Origin: Octopus bimaculoides
Taxonomy: Eukaryota
Length of the DNA: 64,000 bases
Reading direction: 5' to 3'
Assembly: GCF_001194135.2 (NCBI RefSeq)
Contig: NC_068984.1
Span: 24,926,999-24,990,998 of the forward strand
In this document: positions 1 to 12,700 of the stretch, piece by piece
Layout of the letters: each line of letters begins with the position of its first letter
Position numbering within the stretch: the stretch's first letter is position 1
Position numbers and translations under genes: made by a program
Notes under the pieces: generated by a model
Told to the model about the DNA's origin: nothing
Seen by the model: only the letters and a program-made list of their open reading frames with translations
Database searches by the model: none

Positions 1-315
1 GTGCGTGAGAAAACCCGGCAAGCCAAGTGAGATCGTTGCCAGTGCCCCTGGACTGGCTCTTGTGTGGGTGGCACATGGGATGCACCATTTTGAGCGTGGC
101 CGTTGCCAGTACCGCCTGACTGGCCCTCGTGTGGGTGACACATAAAAGCACCCACTACACTCTCTGAGTGGTTGGCATTAGGAAGGGCATCCAGCTGTAG
201 AAACTCTGCCAAATTAAATTGGAGCCTGGTGTTGCCATCCAGTTTCACCAGTCCTCAGTCAAATCGTCCAACCCATGCTAGCATGGAAAGTGGACGTTAA
301 ACGATGATGATGATG
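1..315 (+). mobile_element. RTE LINE 3' end (family 1)
   Basis: Starts with the ORF2 terminus VREKTRQAK*, then the shared 3' UTR and a (GAT)n tail. Confidence 0.85.
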
Positions 316-549
316 AAATTGGTCTGTAATGTAATTCATGAAAATCTACTGAAGTTTGTTACTACTATTATTTAGCCCTAGGTCTGACATAATTGAGTAG
401 ATCAAAGATATTCCAACGATGATCATCCTGTGAGGTTTTTTTTTTCAAGGTACATATTGTACTTAGGACCACCATATCCAGTGTGTCTTTTCTGTTTTTA
501 AGAATGCACATTATGATTTAAGGGAAATTTGAATGGCATTTGTAGTGAG

Positions 550-1245
550 CAGTGGTAGGCAAGGTTCTGCTAATCCGCAAACAGCTAATTAATTTGTTTA
601 GCAGATCAGCATTTTTGCTAACTTTGGAATCTGTTAGTGGACCAATTAGCTTCCGCTTACTTTAAGTCCGCTAATAAAATTCATATGTTTGTTCCTGTCT
701 GTTGTGGGTATATCTCAAAGAGTCCGTCAGATATGATTGGTTGACACAGTGCAGCATTGTGCAATTCTGCAGTTTTGAGTTGTATTCATTTACAATGTTG
801 TCACATTACAGACAGTCTTACAGTGTCAGCAACAGAGGTGTATGTTATTGGCTTATCAAGTTATCATCGCTTATCATTATTTTTGATTCATTTGATATTT
901 TTTGTACAGTAAATAAAGTGTATGTTGGCTGAAAAACTAATGTTTAATTTCATTTGTTCATTTAATTATTTGCATACACCTTGATCATCATCTGATCTTG
1001 GCATGCTATACCCTTTTTGGAAAGCTCTATGTCTAAGCTACATGAAAATTTCAGCTCTCTAGGTATGTTTTTAAGGGTTTTAGAGCAAAAAAACCAAACC
1101 AAAGCTAAATTTGTATGATAAAAGTTAGTGGTTTCCAGTTAGCATAAGCTTCCACTAATTTTTTTACCTTTTTAACATTTGCAAAGTTAATTTTTTACTT
1201 CGCTGAGAGCGAAGCTAACTTTTTGCTTAGCCATGCCAACCACTG
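550..1245. mobile_element. hAT-like non-autonomous DNA transposon
   Basis: TIRs cagtggtaggca / tgccaaccactg. 8-bp flanks gtagtgag (542-549) and gtcgtgag (1246-1253) match 7/8, consistent with a TSD. Confidence 0.75.
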
Positions 1246-1689
1246 GTCGTGAGTGTAGTGACTGCATTGAGACTTCTCTGTTGGCTCGATGGCCAATGTT
1301 GTTTATTTCAGTAGGTCACTAAATAAGTAAGTAAAGTTGCTTTGCTAGTGGGGATATATTTAAAGCTCATTGCTGTAAACTAACCAAACATTATATACTA
1401 AGATTTTGACAGTGAACTACACCATCCCGTGGTATTTATTTACAGTTAGGTAAAGTAATCCCATGTGCCTTGCTTCTCTTCATTGCCTTAATTGTTATCT
1501 TAACTAGCCTATAAGTTTGGTAGATGAGTATCAATGTTCTACTGCTTCTCAGAAAGAGATAGATTTGCTGGGTCATCAGTCTCTAGCTAATTCTGTACTG
1601 CTTCAAAATGTTATACTCATCAGGCAATTTGTTTCCTTTTTATTAATATATGTATGGTTTGGTCTGGCTGAAGGAGCTTTATCTTTTAT

Positions 1690-2090
1690 TTTTACTCGGT
1701 TCAGTGATTAGACTGCAGCCATGCTGGAACACCACCTTGAAAAATTTTTAGTTGAATGGATCAACCCAAGTACTAATTTTTATTTTAGGCCTAGTACTTG
1801 TTCTCTCAGTCTCTTTTGCCAAACCCCTAAGTTAAAACCAACACTGGTTTTCAGGTGGTGGGGGACAAATACAGACAAAGACATGCATCCATGCACATAC
1901 ACACACACGCACACACACACACACCTATATGACAGGCTTCTTTCAGTTTCCATCTACCAGATCCACTCACAAAGCTTTGGGTGGCCTGAAGCTCTAGTAG
2001 AAAACACTTGTCCAAAGTGTCACACAAAGGGACTGAACACAGAACCATGTGGTTGGGGTGCTAGCTTCTTACCACACACCTGTGCTTGAG
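1690..2090 (-). mobile_element. tRNA-headed SINE family A
   Basis: Same head (tggctgtgtggt...ggttcagtccc), central (CA/TA)n and gaaacaagtaaaaga tail as copies at ~9778-10095, 13569-14350, 30203-30590, 30645-31005, 32685-33230, 39555-39720 and 56080-56555. Confidence 0.8.
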
Positions 2091-2529
2091 CTGTGACCAA
2101 TGCCAGCATAGGCTCTCTGAGATTAACATTGTTTGTTTTTAACTAGTATCAGTTTGGTATTTCTTTTTTCACTAAATTATGGACAGTTCAGTCTGACTTT
2201 CACAATACCTATGCTGACTTCATAGAAAAGAAAAAAACATCTTTTGTGTCCATTCTAAGGAGAATTGTGAGAGCTTATGGATTACCACTGAAACTGAGCA
2301 TATTTTGTTATCTTAGATCAGTGATAAACAAAAGTAAATTTATCTCCAATATGCTTCCCTTCTAAGAATACCCAACATAGCTCTTAGATGGACACTGTTT
2401 TGAAAGCTAAAGTGACTGAAGTGGAAGAGTAGGGACTTTCTGAATACAAGGTTGAAAGTGTTATTTTCTTTGCTTGTTCAGCTTTCTAAAAGTATGTTTT
2501 ATTAACAAAAACTTTTCTTTGTTACTCCA

Positions 2530-2710
2530 CTCCTCTTTGAAGTCAGCACCCTTGCTGACTTTAATATTCTCGATTCTTCTGGATTATCCCATTCCTGCTA
2601 CACTGACACAGTTGATGCAAAATATAAATCTTTTGTAATCCTTAACTCTGTATCATTCCCTATGTGCATAACCGATAAACACCCAGGTCTTCAAATCCCC
2701 TTGATCTCAA
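2530..2710 (+). mobile_element. Degenerate LINE APE-endonuclease remnant (tentative)
   Basis: LADFNI...LSHSCYTD...FVILN resembles the GDFN-containing endonuclease segment. Heavily decayed. Confidence 0.3.
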
Positions 2711-3142
2711 AATATTTGTGGAGATTTGGCTGCTATTTCTAGCAAGTCAAGCAACAACTTCCACAGACATAACAGTTGTTTGACCTCAACAGCAACCCCA
2801 TCAATCTCCCCAGCCTTGGTGAATCTGTGAAGGTGAAGGACAGACTCCTTTCTTACCTCCTGACTGAAACCATACACAAAAAATAGTGAATTTGTATTTC
2901 TGAAACTCTTGCCACTTTTGTCATTATCAACCATTGTAGATAAATACATAATGCTTGTCTACATATCGCTGGAGGCTTTTTATAAAACATACTGTACTTA
3001 CTCATTATTGTCCTAATTATATATGACTTATGGTGCTTACAGTAACATGTGGCCTCCATGTGTAATAGTGTGTAGGTTAAGGTTATTTTTATATTGTAAA
3101 AACTGTAGAATACTTTTGTTTTAGGAATATATCTAGATCACT

Positions 3143-3350
3143 CATCATCATCATCCATCATTTTGAATCTGGGTTTTGCCCCTGTTAACAGGGGTGGCTG
3201 AATCTACCTCAATGCCATAGCAACCGCCCTCACACCATCTTGCCCGGTTTTGGGCGTCCTCCCTTCTCAGGTCAACCCTCCCAATCTCCTCCTCCACCTG
3301 TCCCCTCCTCATTTTCCTCAGTCTACTTTGCTTTCGCTGTCCATTCACCT
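3143..3350 (-). mobile_element. RTE LINE 3' end (family 2)
   Basis: Encodes ...GRVDLRREDAQNRARW... and has a (GAT)n tail. A sister fragment lies on the plus strand at ~62292-62396. Confidence 0.7.
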
Positions 3351-3636
3351 CGAACTCTGAGCCATTATAATAATGGCTCAGATTAAGTTCCTCATTTAAC
3401 CTAATTTATTTCTACTGCTAATGAGATTTTATGGTTAGAGATCATATAATTTACTGCAGTTTACATCTTACTGTTTACATCGACTTATCTATAAACAAGA
3501 ACTTGTTTTTTTTTAAAGTGAACCACAAAAAAAAAAGCTGTTCAACTTAAGTCAGAATAGAAAAATAAATATTAAACTGCTTCTATATTTTATATCATGA
3601 TGCTCACTTTACGGTGATATTTTTATATTTTGTCAG

Positions 3637-3816
3637 GGAACACCGCAATGGATTCTTGTTGATTTAGGTATTCAAGCCGAGATTAAAGAGATTGCTATCA
3701 GTTTCCAAGGTGGGTTTGCTGGAAAAGACTGCTGGATAGAAACCTCTTCATCAGTTAATTCTAATGAATTAAAATATCTATGTAAATTTTATCCAGAAGA
3801 TAATTCAACACTACAA
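3637..3816 (+). CDS. NR2C2AP: Nuclear receptor 2C2-associated protein, internal coding exon (upstream exon(s) not found in window)
   Basis: Acceptor ttttatattttgtcag|G. The 180 nt encode GTPQWILVDLGIQAEIKEIAISFQGGFAGKDCWIETSSSVNSNELKYLCKFYPEDNSTLQ, matching the recalled NR2C2AP/TRA16 motifs QW..FQGGF..FYPEDN..LQ. The exon is followed by the U12 donor ATATCCTTT. Confidence 0.9.
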
Positions 3817-4766
3817 ATATCCTTTCTGCTATAAACTTGTGTGAGAAATTTTACTTCTGTTGGCAATGATTTTGTAATTCGGTTAACGATGTTATAATTT
3901 GTGTTCTCCCATCGTTTTAGAGCAAGCTACTTGGAAATTTCAGTGCATTATCTTATTTGCCCATTTTTCAACCTACTTCATTTATATCTCTTTGGTACAA
4001 TTAGATAACATCAGTGGGAGAAATTGAATGACATTTTTCTCTTTCCTCTTGCTTTCTCACTTCTCAACTAATCTGCTAGCATTATATTGTTAATGGAAAA
4101 ATAACATCAGCTAGCTAGGAATGAAATCTCAGAATTGTTTATTGCATGTCACACAAATATTTCTATTAATCTATATAATATAGATCAGGCCTGGCCAACT
4201 CAAATTACAGAATCAAGAATTTTTCATACTTTTCGTTTGTCTAAAATTATAAAATTGTAGGCTATTGCTTTATTCTCTTTCATGCCTTTAACCCTCCAAT
4301 GCAGAGTATAGGCCACTTATAATTGAATTTCTTGTCGCATAATTTTTCGCTTTTGTACTTATACTCTGCCATGAATTTCTCTGCCTTTCTCTAGTTCCTT
4401 TTGTGTTGATCTACGCCACGAGTTCTTAGGCCTACCTTTCTTTCTATATCCATCCGGATTCAACTATAAAGCACTTTTTGCTACATTTGGTGTGTCCTTT
4501 CTAATTGTGCTACCAATTCACTTCCACTTTTTCTTAAATATTTGCTCCCTAATCGAAACTTGGTTCGTTCTTTGCCAGTACAGTACAGTTCAGTACAGAA
4601 CTGAAGTGTTATATTATGGGACCAAAGGGAGTGCATAAGTTAGTTTCAAGTGTTTCTTCAAGCCTATTCTCTTGATTTACATTGTTAATGCCCTTTGTCT
4701 TTTTAAACTAACATTGCACAACTGTTTATTTCATAATGTTTTTGATTTTTCCTTAACTTTGCTCAC
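3817..4766 (+). other. NR2C2AP: U12-type (minor spliceosome) AT-AC intron, 950 nt
   Basis: 5' end ATATCCTTT at 3817, branch site TCCTTAAC at 4750-4757, terminal AC at 4765-4766. Removing it joins two homologous protein segments in frame. Confidence 0.9.
4270..4700 (-). mobile_element. Degenerate RTE LINE ORF2 C-terminus (family 3) inside the U12 intron
   Basis: RTNQVSIREQIFKKKWK*IGSTIRKDTPNVAKSAL*LNPDGYRKKGRPKNSWRR matches the RTE motif W.W.GH..R...WNP.G.R..GRP..TWRR. Confidence 0.75.
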
Positions 4767-4895
4767 ATTTTCCCACTCAAAGAGTCACCTACAGCACAAT
4801 TGATTAAAATAGTGTTTCATACAAGTACAGACTTCTATGGCCGAATTATTGTCTATAAACTGGATATTATTGGAGTTGATCTAACAGAAAAGTGA
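4767..4895 (+). CDS. NR2C2AP: NR2C2AP terminal coding exon
   Basis: Follows TTCCTTAAC and ...ctcAC|. Encodes IFPLKESPTAQLIKIVFHTSTDFYGRIIVYKLDIIGVDLTEK*, matching the family C-terminal motif TDFFGR(V/I)(V/I)Y. In frame with the previous exon (phase 0). Confidence 0.9.
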   Translation: MFPLKESPTAQLIKIVFHTSTDFYGRIIVYKLDIIGVDLTEK

Positions 4896-6538
4896 TTGAA
4901 ATGTTAACAGTTGGATTTTATAAATTTTTAAAAAATATTTAATTCGCCATGCAATATTGGTTTGACTTCATAGAACAAGCTACCATATTGGCTGAAATTA
5001 TGTTGATTCAACCAAAACTATTGAGAATACATTTTTTGTGTTGGAAAAACAATGTATTTCTTCTCCATTAGGCTTGACTTGAAAACTGGAATGCAATATT
5101 TTCATCAGATTAACAATTAATTAAGAATGAGCAACAACAATTCGTAAGTATTCTGATATGAGAATTTCAATTTCAAATGTACCATGGGCTGATGTGTTAG
5201 TTTAAAGCACAAAGATCAAGAATTAGATTTGATATTTTTTTTTTTGTCAAATAGTTCTACAGATGATGTCACTATTTCTAGTAATGACCAGAGCAGAAAC
5301 ACATTTCCAGACACTTTGTTGATGAAAACCAGCAAAGCTGTACATTTGACTGGCAAGGAACAGCATATCAATGTCTCACAAATCATTGGTTTGTGTAGCA
5401 TTATAAATTAACTCTATAAATTAACACTGGACTTTTAATGAAAATTTCAAGAAGATTACCTGTAAATATTATTACAAAAAGTAATAACAAACCTGCATTT
5501 ATAAAGAAAATGAACGTATTTAATTGATTATGCATTTTTATTTGTCCATAAATGTCATTATTTTCAGGAGACATTGTAGTTCAAAATCTAATAACTTGTG
5601 CAGATGAGCTAGGCTCTATATAGTCATTTGATCTGCTTGAAATGGTAGCCAATCGCCTTCTAATGATGCTCTACCAGCTTTGAAAACACAGGAAGGATAT
5701 TGCTGGAACACTTGATCATAAGTCTGTTCTACCAAGACTGACCTAGAGCTAATCTATCTGAAAGCTTTTTAATGGATAGATGCTTATAGATCCAGTTCAT
5801 GTAAAATAGCTGAATTAAATTTTGAATCAGTATTTAGTCTAATTTTATGTTGTGAATCAATTTGGTCAGTAATATTACCAAAATAATCTGGGAATTATTC
5901 CTAATAGCAAGGTAGACTGGTCTGCTCTGCTTTTGAACAAAATATTGTACATTTTATAGTATTCCAATGGGTTTTATACCGGTAGCACTTACTCCTTCCA
6001 AGCTTCACTCCCCCTGATCCGCAACCACTGTTGTGTTTATCATCTTGATTTTTTTTATCAACCTTGGCTGGGCCACCTAGATGAAGATGTCTGATTGTTG
6101 AAAGACCCAAAACACTAAATAACCTCAGGAAGCATCACTATTGATGTGCCCGTATGCATGACAGGGTGATGTAAGGGAAAACATCCTACAGTATTTGTGT
6201 CTATCTTAACAAATTAGCAGAATTGTTAAGAGTGTCAGACTGAATGCTTAGCGGTATTCAATTTGGGTTCAAATGCTGCCAAAAGCAATCCAGTAACAGA
6301 TTCTTCTCTGGATTGCACTTGCAACTCAAATGCTTAGTGTGTGTGATGCATTGTGACAAGACTGATCCAGACTCAGAGCTTCACTAAGGCACACATATCT
6401 GTGGAATACTCAGCCACTTACATGTTAATTTCATGAGAGAATTCAGTGCCTATACAGAATGAGTTTTTTTTTTTCTTTCCAAATAGAACAGCCCATTTTG
6501 TGTGTATTCTTTATCAAAACAGTATTTGCAGTTTTCTA

Positions 6539-6814
6539 GGTCGTTGCCAGTGCCACTAGACTGGCTCCCGTACAGGTGGCACGTAAAAAACACCATTTTG
6601 AGTGTGGCCATTGCCAGTACCGTGTGACTGACCCTCGTACCGGTGGCATGTAAAAGCACCCACTACACTCTCGGAATCATTGGTGTTAGGAAGGGCATCC
6701 AGCTGTAGAAACCCTGCCAGATCAGATTGGTGCCTTGTGGCTTGCCAGTCCTCAGTCAAATCGTCCAACCCATGCTAGCATGGAAAGCGGACATTAAACG
6801 ATGATGATGATGAT
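6539..6814 (+). mobile_element. RTE family 1 tail
   Basis: aaaagcacccactacactctc...ggaagggcatccagctgtagaaa...(GAT)n. Confidence 0.85.
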
Positions 6815-6850
6815 AAAATAAAAACAAGATATGTTTTGTTAGTAGAAAGT

Positions 6851-6856
6851 TTTATT
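6851..6856 (-). promoter_or_regulatory. Possible NCX polyadenylation signal AATAAA
   Basis: tttatt on the plus strand at the end of a repeat-free AT-rich tract ~770 nt past the stop. Other hexamers occur nearer the stop. Confidence 0.3.
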
Positions 6857-7623
6857 TATATCAACACATCAACAGTTAAGTAACAAGGTTATATTGAACA
6901 TGAGATACCATTATAAAGTGAAAGGAAAAACTTACAAGCATATTTTCTCTCATTTCATGAATATGAACAATTTCATTTCTTAAGAAATGTAGTAATGATT
7001 TTTTTAATTTTTAAAATTTTTTGCAATGATTAGTATAAAAAGATCACTTTAAAAAATATTTTTCAAAGCAAATATTAAAAATTTATAAAAGCATTAACTT
7101 CCAAAATAACTGTATTCAGTTTACACATGAGAAAATAAAGTTAAAATTTTTAAAGGAAGGTATAATCTTTGAATAAGACATGAAGCAAAATTTCATCAAT
7201 GAATTTGATTGCTTTGTGATTTTTTTTTTTTAATGAGAAAATATTAATTTTAAGAAATTAATGCTTAGAGAAATATATCAAAAATGATTCAGTGGACTTT
7301 TTAAAAATATATCCATGGGAGAATCATTACAGAAAATGTTAGATTTGTTTATTATTTCCCTTGCCCTACTTTCATTCATTTAGTTAGACTAAAATAATTG
7401 ATATAAATTTTTTTATATACTTAGACATACACTTATTTTTATTTGCTTAATTTATTACCCTTTATTTGATATTTTCTATAGTACTTTTACTTCTTTTTCA
7501 TTATAAATATTTTCTTAAAATATTTATATTTCTTAAAACAGATGTTTTAGCTGGTGTTACCCAAATTTTTAATCAAGCTATAAAAAAATATACATAATTA
7601 AAAAAGAATGGTGGGGTTGGTTT

Positions 7624-7866
7624 TTAAATTGAAACTTCAATAATTTGCTTTGTTTGCAATGATGACAAAAGGACATAGAGAACCCAGAGGAATATAAAAA
7701 GTACTCCTGTGACCATCTTCGGGACAGTAGCACCACCAAGTTCAGCTTTACCAAAAATCTTCAGACTTCTTCTCATAACTAAAAGTAATATAGCAATAAT
7801 TGCAAAAGTTGTGTAGATAATTACAGAGAAACCCAATGATCCTGCATCCACAACAAATATTTGGCC
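7624..7866 (-). CDS. SLC8A: NCX terminal coding exon J
   Basis: tttgtttttcag|GGCCAA..., encoding [15 protein letters not shown]...RR...AELGG...[21 protein letters not shown]. Stop TAA at 7624-7626. Confidence 0.95.
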   Translation of the reverse strand, partial: GQIFVVDAGSLGFSVIIYTTFAIIAILLLVMRRSLKIFGKAELGGATVPKMVTGVLFIFLWVLYVLLSSLQTKQIIEVSI

Positions 7867-8896
7867 CTGAAAAACAAAAGAGAAATTGATAACTACTGTT
7901 ATTTCTATAAATCCATCTTGTCTAAATACAGTGCAAACACACACAAAACATTAGATGGGTTTCAGCTTTGGGCATTACCATGCATCACCATGGTACATAC
8001 ACAATTCTTCATAATATAACACTGACCTTAATATAATTCTTTCATGATCTTATTTCTTGTAAATAATCATGGCTTTGGAGGGATTTAGTAGAATTTAATT
8101 TGTTTCATTGTTTAGCTGGTGTTTGAAAAGTCAATAGAAATCCTTTTTGGCAAAAGACAGGAATTTAGGACAGCTTATAGGTTATGCAATGTATTAAGGC
8201 AAAAAGAAATGTTTCATTTTGATAATTTAAAAGTTAATAATTACTAGTTGTCTGGGGGGATAGTTTCCATCAATAGAAAATCATTTAAAAAAACTGAACA
8301 TGAAACTACTTATGTCTTGGAATACCATTTTCCAACAATGGTTGTTGGGTTTATATATATCATCATCATGCTAGCATGGGTGGGACAGTACCACAAAAGC
8401 CGGCCAGGCAAAAGCCTGCATGAAACTTCTGCAACTGCTTTGGCAGGATTTTTACAACTGGATGCCCTTCCTAACACCAATCACTCAGCAGAGTGGACTT
8501 AGTGCTTTTTATGTGGCATAAGCACAGACGAGGTGAGTAACTACTAATTAAAATTTTGATCTGTGCCATGTTGAATCTTAGGTCTTTGAACTCTAGACCA
8601 TTCTTTCTCACTTGAAACTCTTCATGCTACTCTTCAACAGATTTTGCAACGAGAATCAGATTCTTAGCATATGTTTCCATGAGTATCTAATCATGAACTC
8701 CAGCTGTGTTGCTTTAAAAACAAGAAAGAATAGACTGTGGGGCTGACAATAAGGTCCTCATGAAGACCTACATAGACACTAAATTCTTCATTAAGCATGG
8801 CTTAACTACATGGCTTGAATAGCTTTTACTAATTGTACACATTATTTACTCCTGTTACACAAACATCAGGACTTGCAAATTCATCCAAAACATGGC

Positions 8897-8935
<39 letters not shown>

Positions 8936-9308
8936 CATCATTTAACATCTGTTGTCCATGCTGGCGTGGGTTGGACAGTTTGCCTGGGTTGGCAAACTGC
9001 AAGGCTGTGCTAAGTTCCAGTCTGATGTGGCATGGTTTTCTACAGCTGGATGCCTTTCTTAACATTAATCACTCCGAGAGTGTAACGGGGGCTTTTACGA
9101 GCTACCGGCACAGGTGCCATTTGCATGACACTGGGGTGCGTTTACATGCCAATTTGTGTGACACCAGTATCTATCACAACTGTGATTTTGCTCGGCTTGA
9201 TGGGTCTTTTTCTCAAGCACAATATAATGCCCAAGGTCTTGGTCATTGCCTCCGTGAGACCCAACACTCGAAAGAAACTCGGCCACTTCTCCTCCATGAG
9301 GCCCAATG

Positions 9309-9350
<42 letters not shown>

Positions 9351-9728
9351 NNNNNNNNNNNNNNNNNNNNNNNNNNNNNNNNNNNNNNNNNNNNNNNNNN
9401 NNNNNNNNNNNNNNNNNNNNNNNNNNNNNNNNNNNNNNNNNNNNNNNNNNNNNNNNNNNNNNNNNNNNNNNNNNNNNNNNNNNNNNNNNNNNNNNNNNNN
9501 NNNNNNNNNNNNNNNNNNNNNNNNNNNNNNNNNNNNNNNNNNNNNNNNNNNNNNNNNNNNNNNNNNNNNNNNNNNNNNNNNNNNNNNNNNNNNNNNNNNN
9601 NNNNNNNNNNNNNNNNNNNNNNNNNNNNNNNNNNNNNNNNNNNNNNNNNNNNNNNNNNNNNNNNNNNNNNNNNNNNNNNNNNNNNNNNNNNNNNNNNNNN
9701 NNNNNNNNNNNNNNNNNNNNNNNNNNNN

Positions 9729-9782
<54 letters not shown>

Positions 9783-12700
9783 ACTTGTTTCAGTCATTGG
9801 ACTGTGGCCATACTGGTGCACTGCCTTGAAGAGTTTAGTCAAATTAACCCTGGTACTTATTCTACTGGTCTCTTTTGCCAAAGGGCTAAGTTACAGAAAC
9901 AAACAAACCAGTACCGCTTTTCAACCTATGGTGGGGACAAGCACTAAGACACACGTAATAGGCTTCCATAGGTTGTCTACCAAATTCACTCACAAGACTA
10001 TACTAATAGAAACATGCCCAAGATTCCACAGAGAGGGACTGAACTTAAAACTGCGCGGTTGCAAAGTAAGCTTAACTAACACAGCCATGCCCGAGCCTCT
10101 AGTTATTAGTTTATGGAAGTAGGGAGTGAAAGTTGACATTCTTCCATTTTATATTCTGGAAACAGGAAATGTGTACTAACCTTTAGAAGTTGTGTATTTA
10201 TTATGATTTGATGTAAATCATGTCTTGGAAATACAGAGTTTAGATGTCACGCTAAGTTTTTAATTACTATTTCTGATTAGAGTGTGTTTATGTAAAATTA
10301 ATAAACAATAGGTCTCTTAATGAATTTTACTAATTTGTGACTATGTAGACATAACAATCAGTTTGACAATGAAATTGAAATAAAACTCTTACAGAGAAAA
10401 GTAATCTTACCTTTGTGTGCCAATAGATAGCAGCTATTAGCCAAGGCAAACCTAATCCAAGAAATACGTTAACAGAATTACTGCCATTCACATTTCCAAC
10501 AGATGCATCTGCATACTTTTCCATGAGAGCTGCAGTTCGACTAGCAAATGTATCAGGCATACTGGTTCCCAGTGCAACAAGGGTGATAGCTGTAATACTT
10601 GTATCAAGGTTGATTAAACAGCCGAATATACCAGCCAGATCTCCAATAATAGCAGTCATTAAACCAATAACAGCCAGTGAAACGAAGAAAGTTGGCCATC
10701 CTCCCCAAAGAGATGGTGGAGGCACACAAGCAAACAAAGCCTGAAAAATCACAAATCATAAATTAGATCATTTAAGGACATTTCTTACTTTCATGCATTT
10801 AATTAAACAAAATACTTGCTACTTCAAAAAGATCCATCTACTAGAGATGGGAATTCTTTAATGTTTTTAGGGATTTCTTAATCCTTTTCAGCAACTTTTA
10901 TCTATGGAAGTATGTGAACCCATTGAGAGAAATGAAGGCAGTCACAATTAGCTAAATCATTAAGTCTTCAAACCTCCAAATAAAAGTCATACTTTATCAC
11001 CATTGTTATTAATAAAGGCACCATTATAAGCTGTGCTTCAGTGAGGAGGTACATCTTACCAATGTAAATAGATAAAGCCATTTATATAACAGACATATAC
11101 AGGGATGGCTGAAAGTCACCCGACAGTAAATCAAAATTCCATAAATACTATCTGTAATTCTTTATTGACTCGAATGGAAAAATATGTCACTCAAGGACTT
11201 CAGTTTGAACAATTTTCATGATGTTTCATATTTAGATGCTTTTATTAAATTCATTCAGTTGTTAAACATAAATAAATCTTGGAATTAAATGGTTTTGATT
11301 AAATGTAATAGCTGTCAGAGTGGAGTTCAAATAATATTGTTGCAAATCCTATGAGACTAATAAGTAGTTTAGCAATATATCCTTTGAATAATATTAATGC
11401 GCTTATTGTGTACAGTGTTGCACAGATGCACTGCAACTCATTTAAAAAGAATAAAAGTGGGGACAGAAAGAAAGCAATGAAAATCAAAAGTTGTTAAAAA
11501 TTAGATTCACCAGTGACTTCCTAGCTAATACTCAGCTTATCCCCATTGAATTGGGGTGATGCATCTGATAAAGTCATACTCCATCAATCTAAATCATTGT
11601 CACTCAACTCTATAAGGTAAATCAAAGATGATGCTGAAAGAAGCACTAGAAAAGATGTCTTACCTTCCATGCAAATGATGCAAAGTGTAAAATATAGTCG
11701 CCTGCAGTAGCAGTTTCCAGGTCACCACCATTAACATTTAGTGCATTCTCAAACTGTTTACCCCAGCTGATAGTGTCTAATTGAAGGGCGTCTAAATTAA
11801 GTTTAGTCATGTTAACAATTCGACCGACCAAGCTATTGAATTCTGTAAAGATATGAAAAAAGAAAAAGGATGGCATAGCATGAAAACCATAATCAACAAT
11901 TGATCTGAAAGTTCTGTTAAAACACTATTAGATATTGACTACAATTATCTTCTGTACAAGAGAACTTCAAAACCATTATTGTTGCTTTATCATTAGTCTG
12001 TATCTTTCTGCAGGTACTGTACTAAATCTCTGAGACAATTTCTGTTTTTTTTCTTGGAAAACAAGTATCAGCTGAGAACTGGAGTTGATGTAGTCACTAG
12101 CCCCCTCCCTCAAAATTTCATGCCTTGTGCCTATAGCAGAAAGGATGATTATTATTATATAGAGCAGCGAGCTGGCAGAATCGTTAGCATGCCGGGCAAA
12201 ATGCTTAGCAGTATTTCGTCTGCCGTTATGTTCTGAGTTCAAATTCTGCCGAGGTCGACTTTGCCTTTCATCCTTTTGGGGTCAATTAAATAAGTACCAG
12301 TTATGCACTGGGGTCGATGTAATTGACTTAATCCCTTTGTCTGTCCTTATTTGTCCCCTCTATGTTTAGCTCCCTGTGGGCAATTAAGAAATAAATAATT
12401 ATATAAGGCAGCAAGCTGACAGAATTAGCATATCAGACAAAATGCTCAATATTTCTTCTGGGTCTTTATGGTACGAAGCTCAAATCCCACCAAATTCAAC
12501 TTTACCTTTCATTCCTTTGGGATCAATGAAATAAAATACTAATCAAGTACTGGGATCAGTGCAATTAACTTGTTCCACTTCACCTCAAAATTACTGGCCT
12601 TTTGCCAACATTAGAAAGAATTATTTTTATAGAAATGAGTAATATTCAGGAAAATCATTTTCAAATCCCCTCTTGAAACCATTTCACTTGCATTCTATAG

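Noticed and set aside
8833-10122. Long ORFs (152-429 aa) in the track
   Set aside because: Artefacts of N-gaps and (TA)n runs flanked by repeats.
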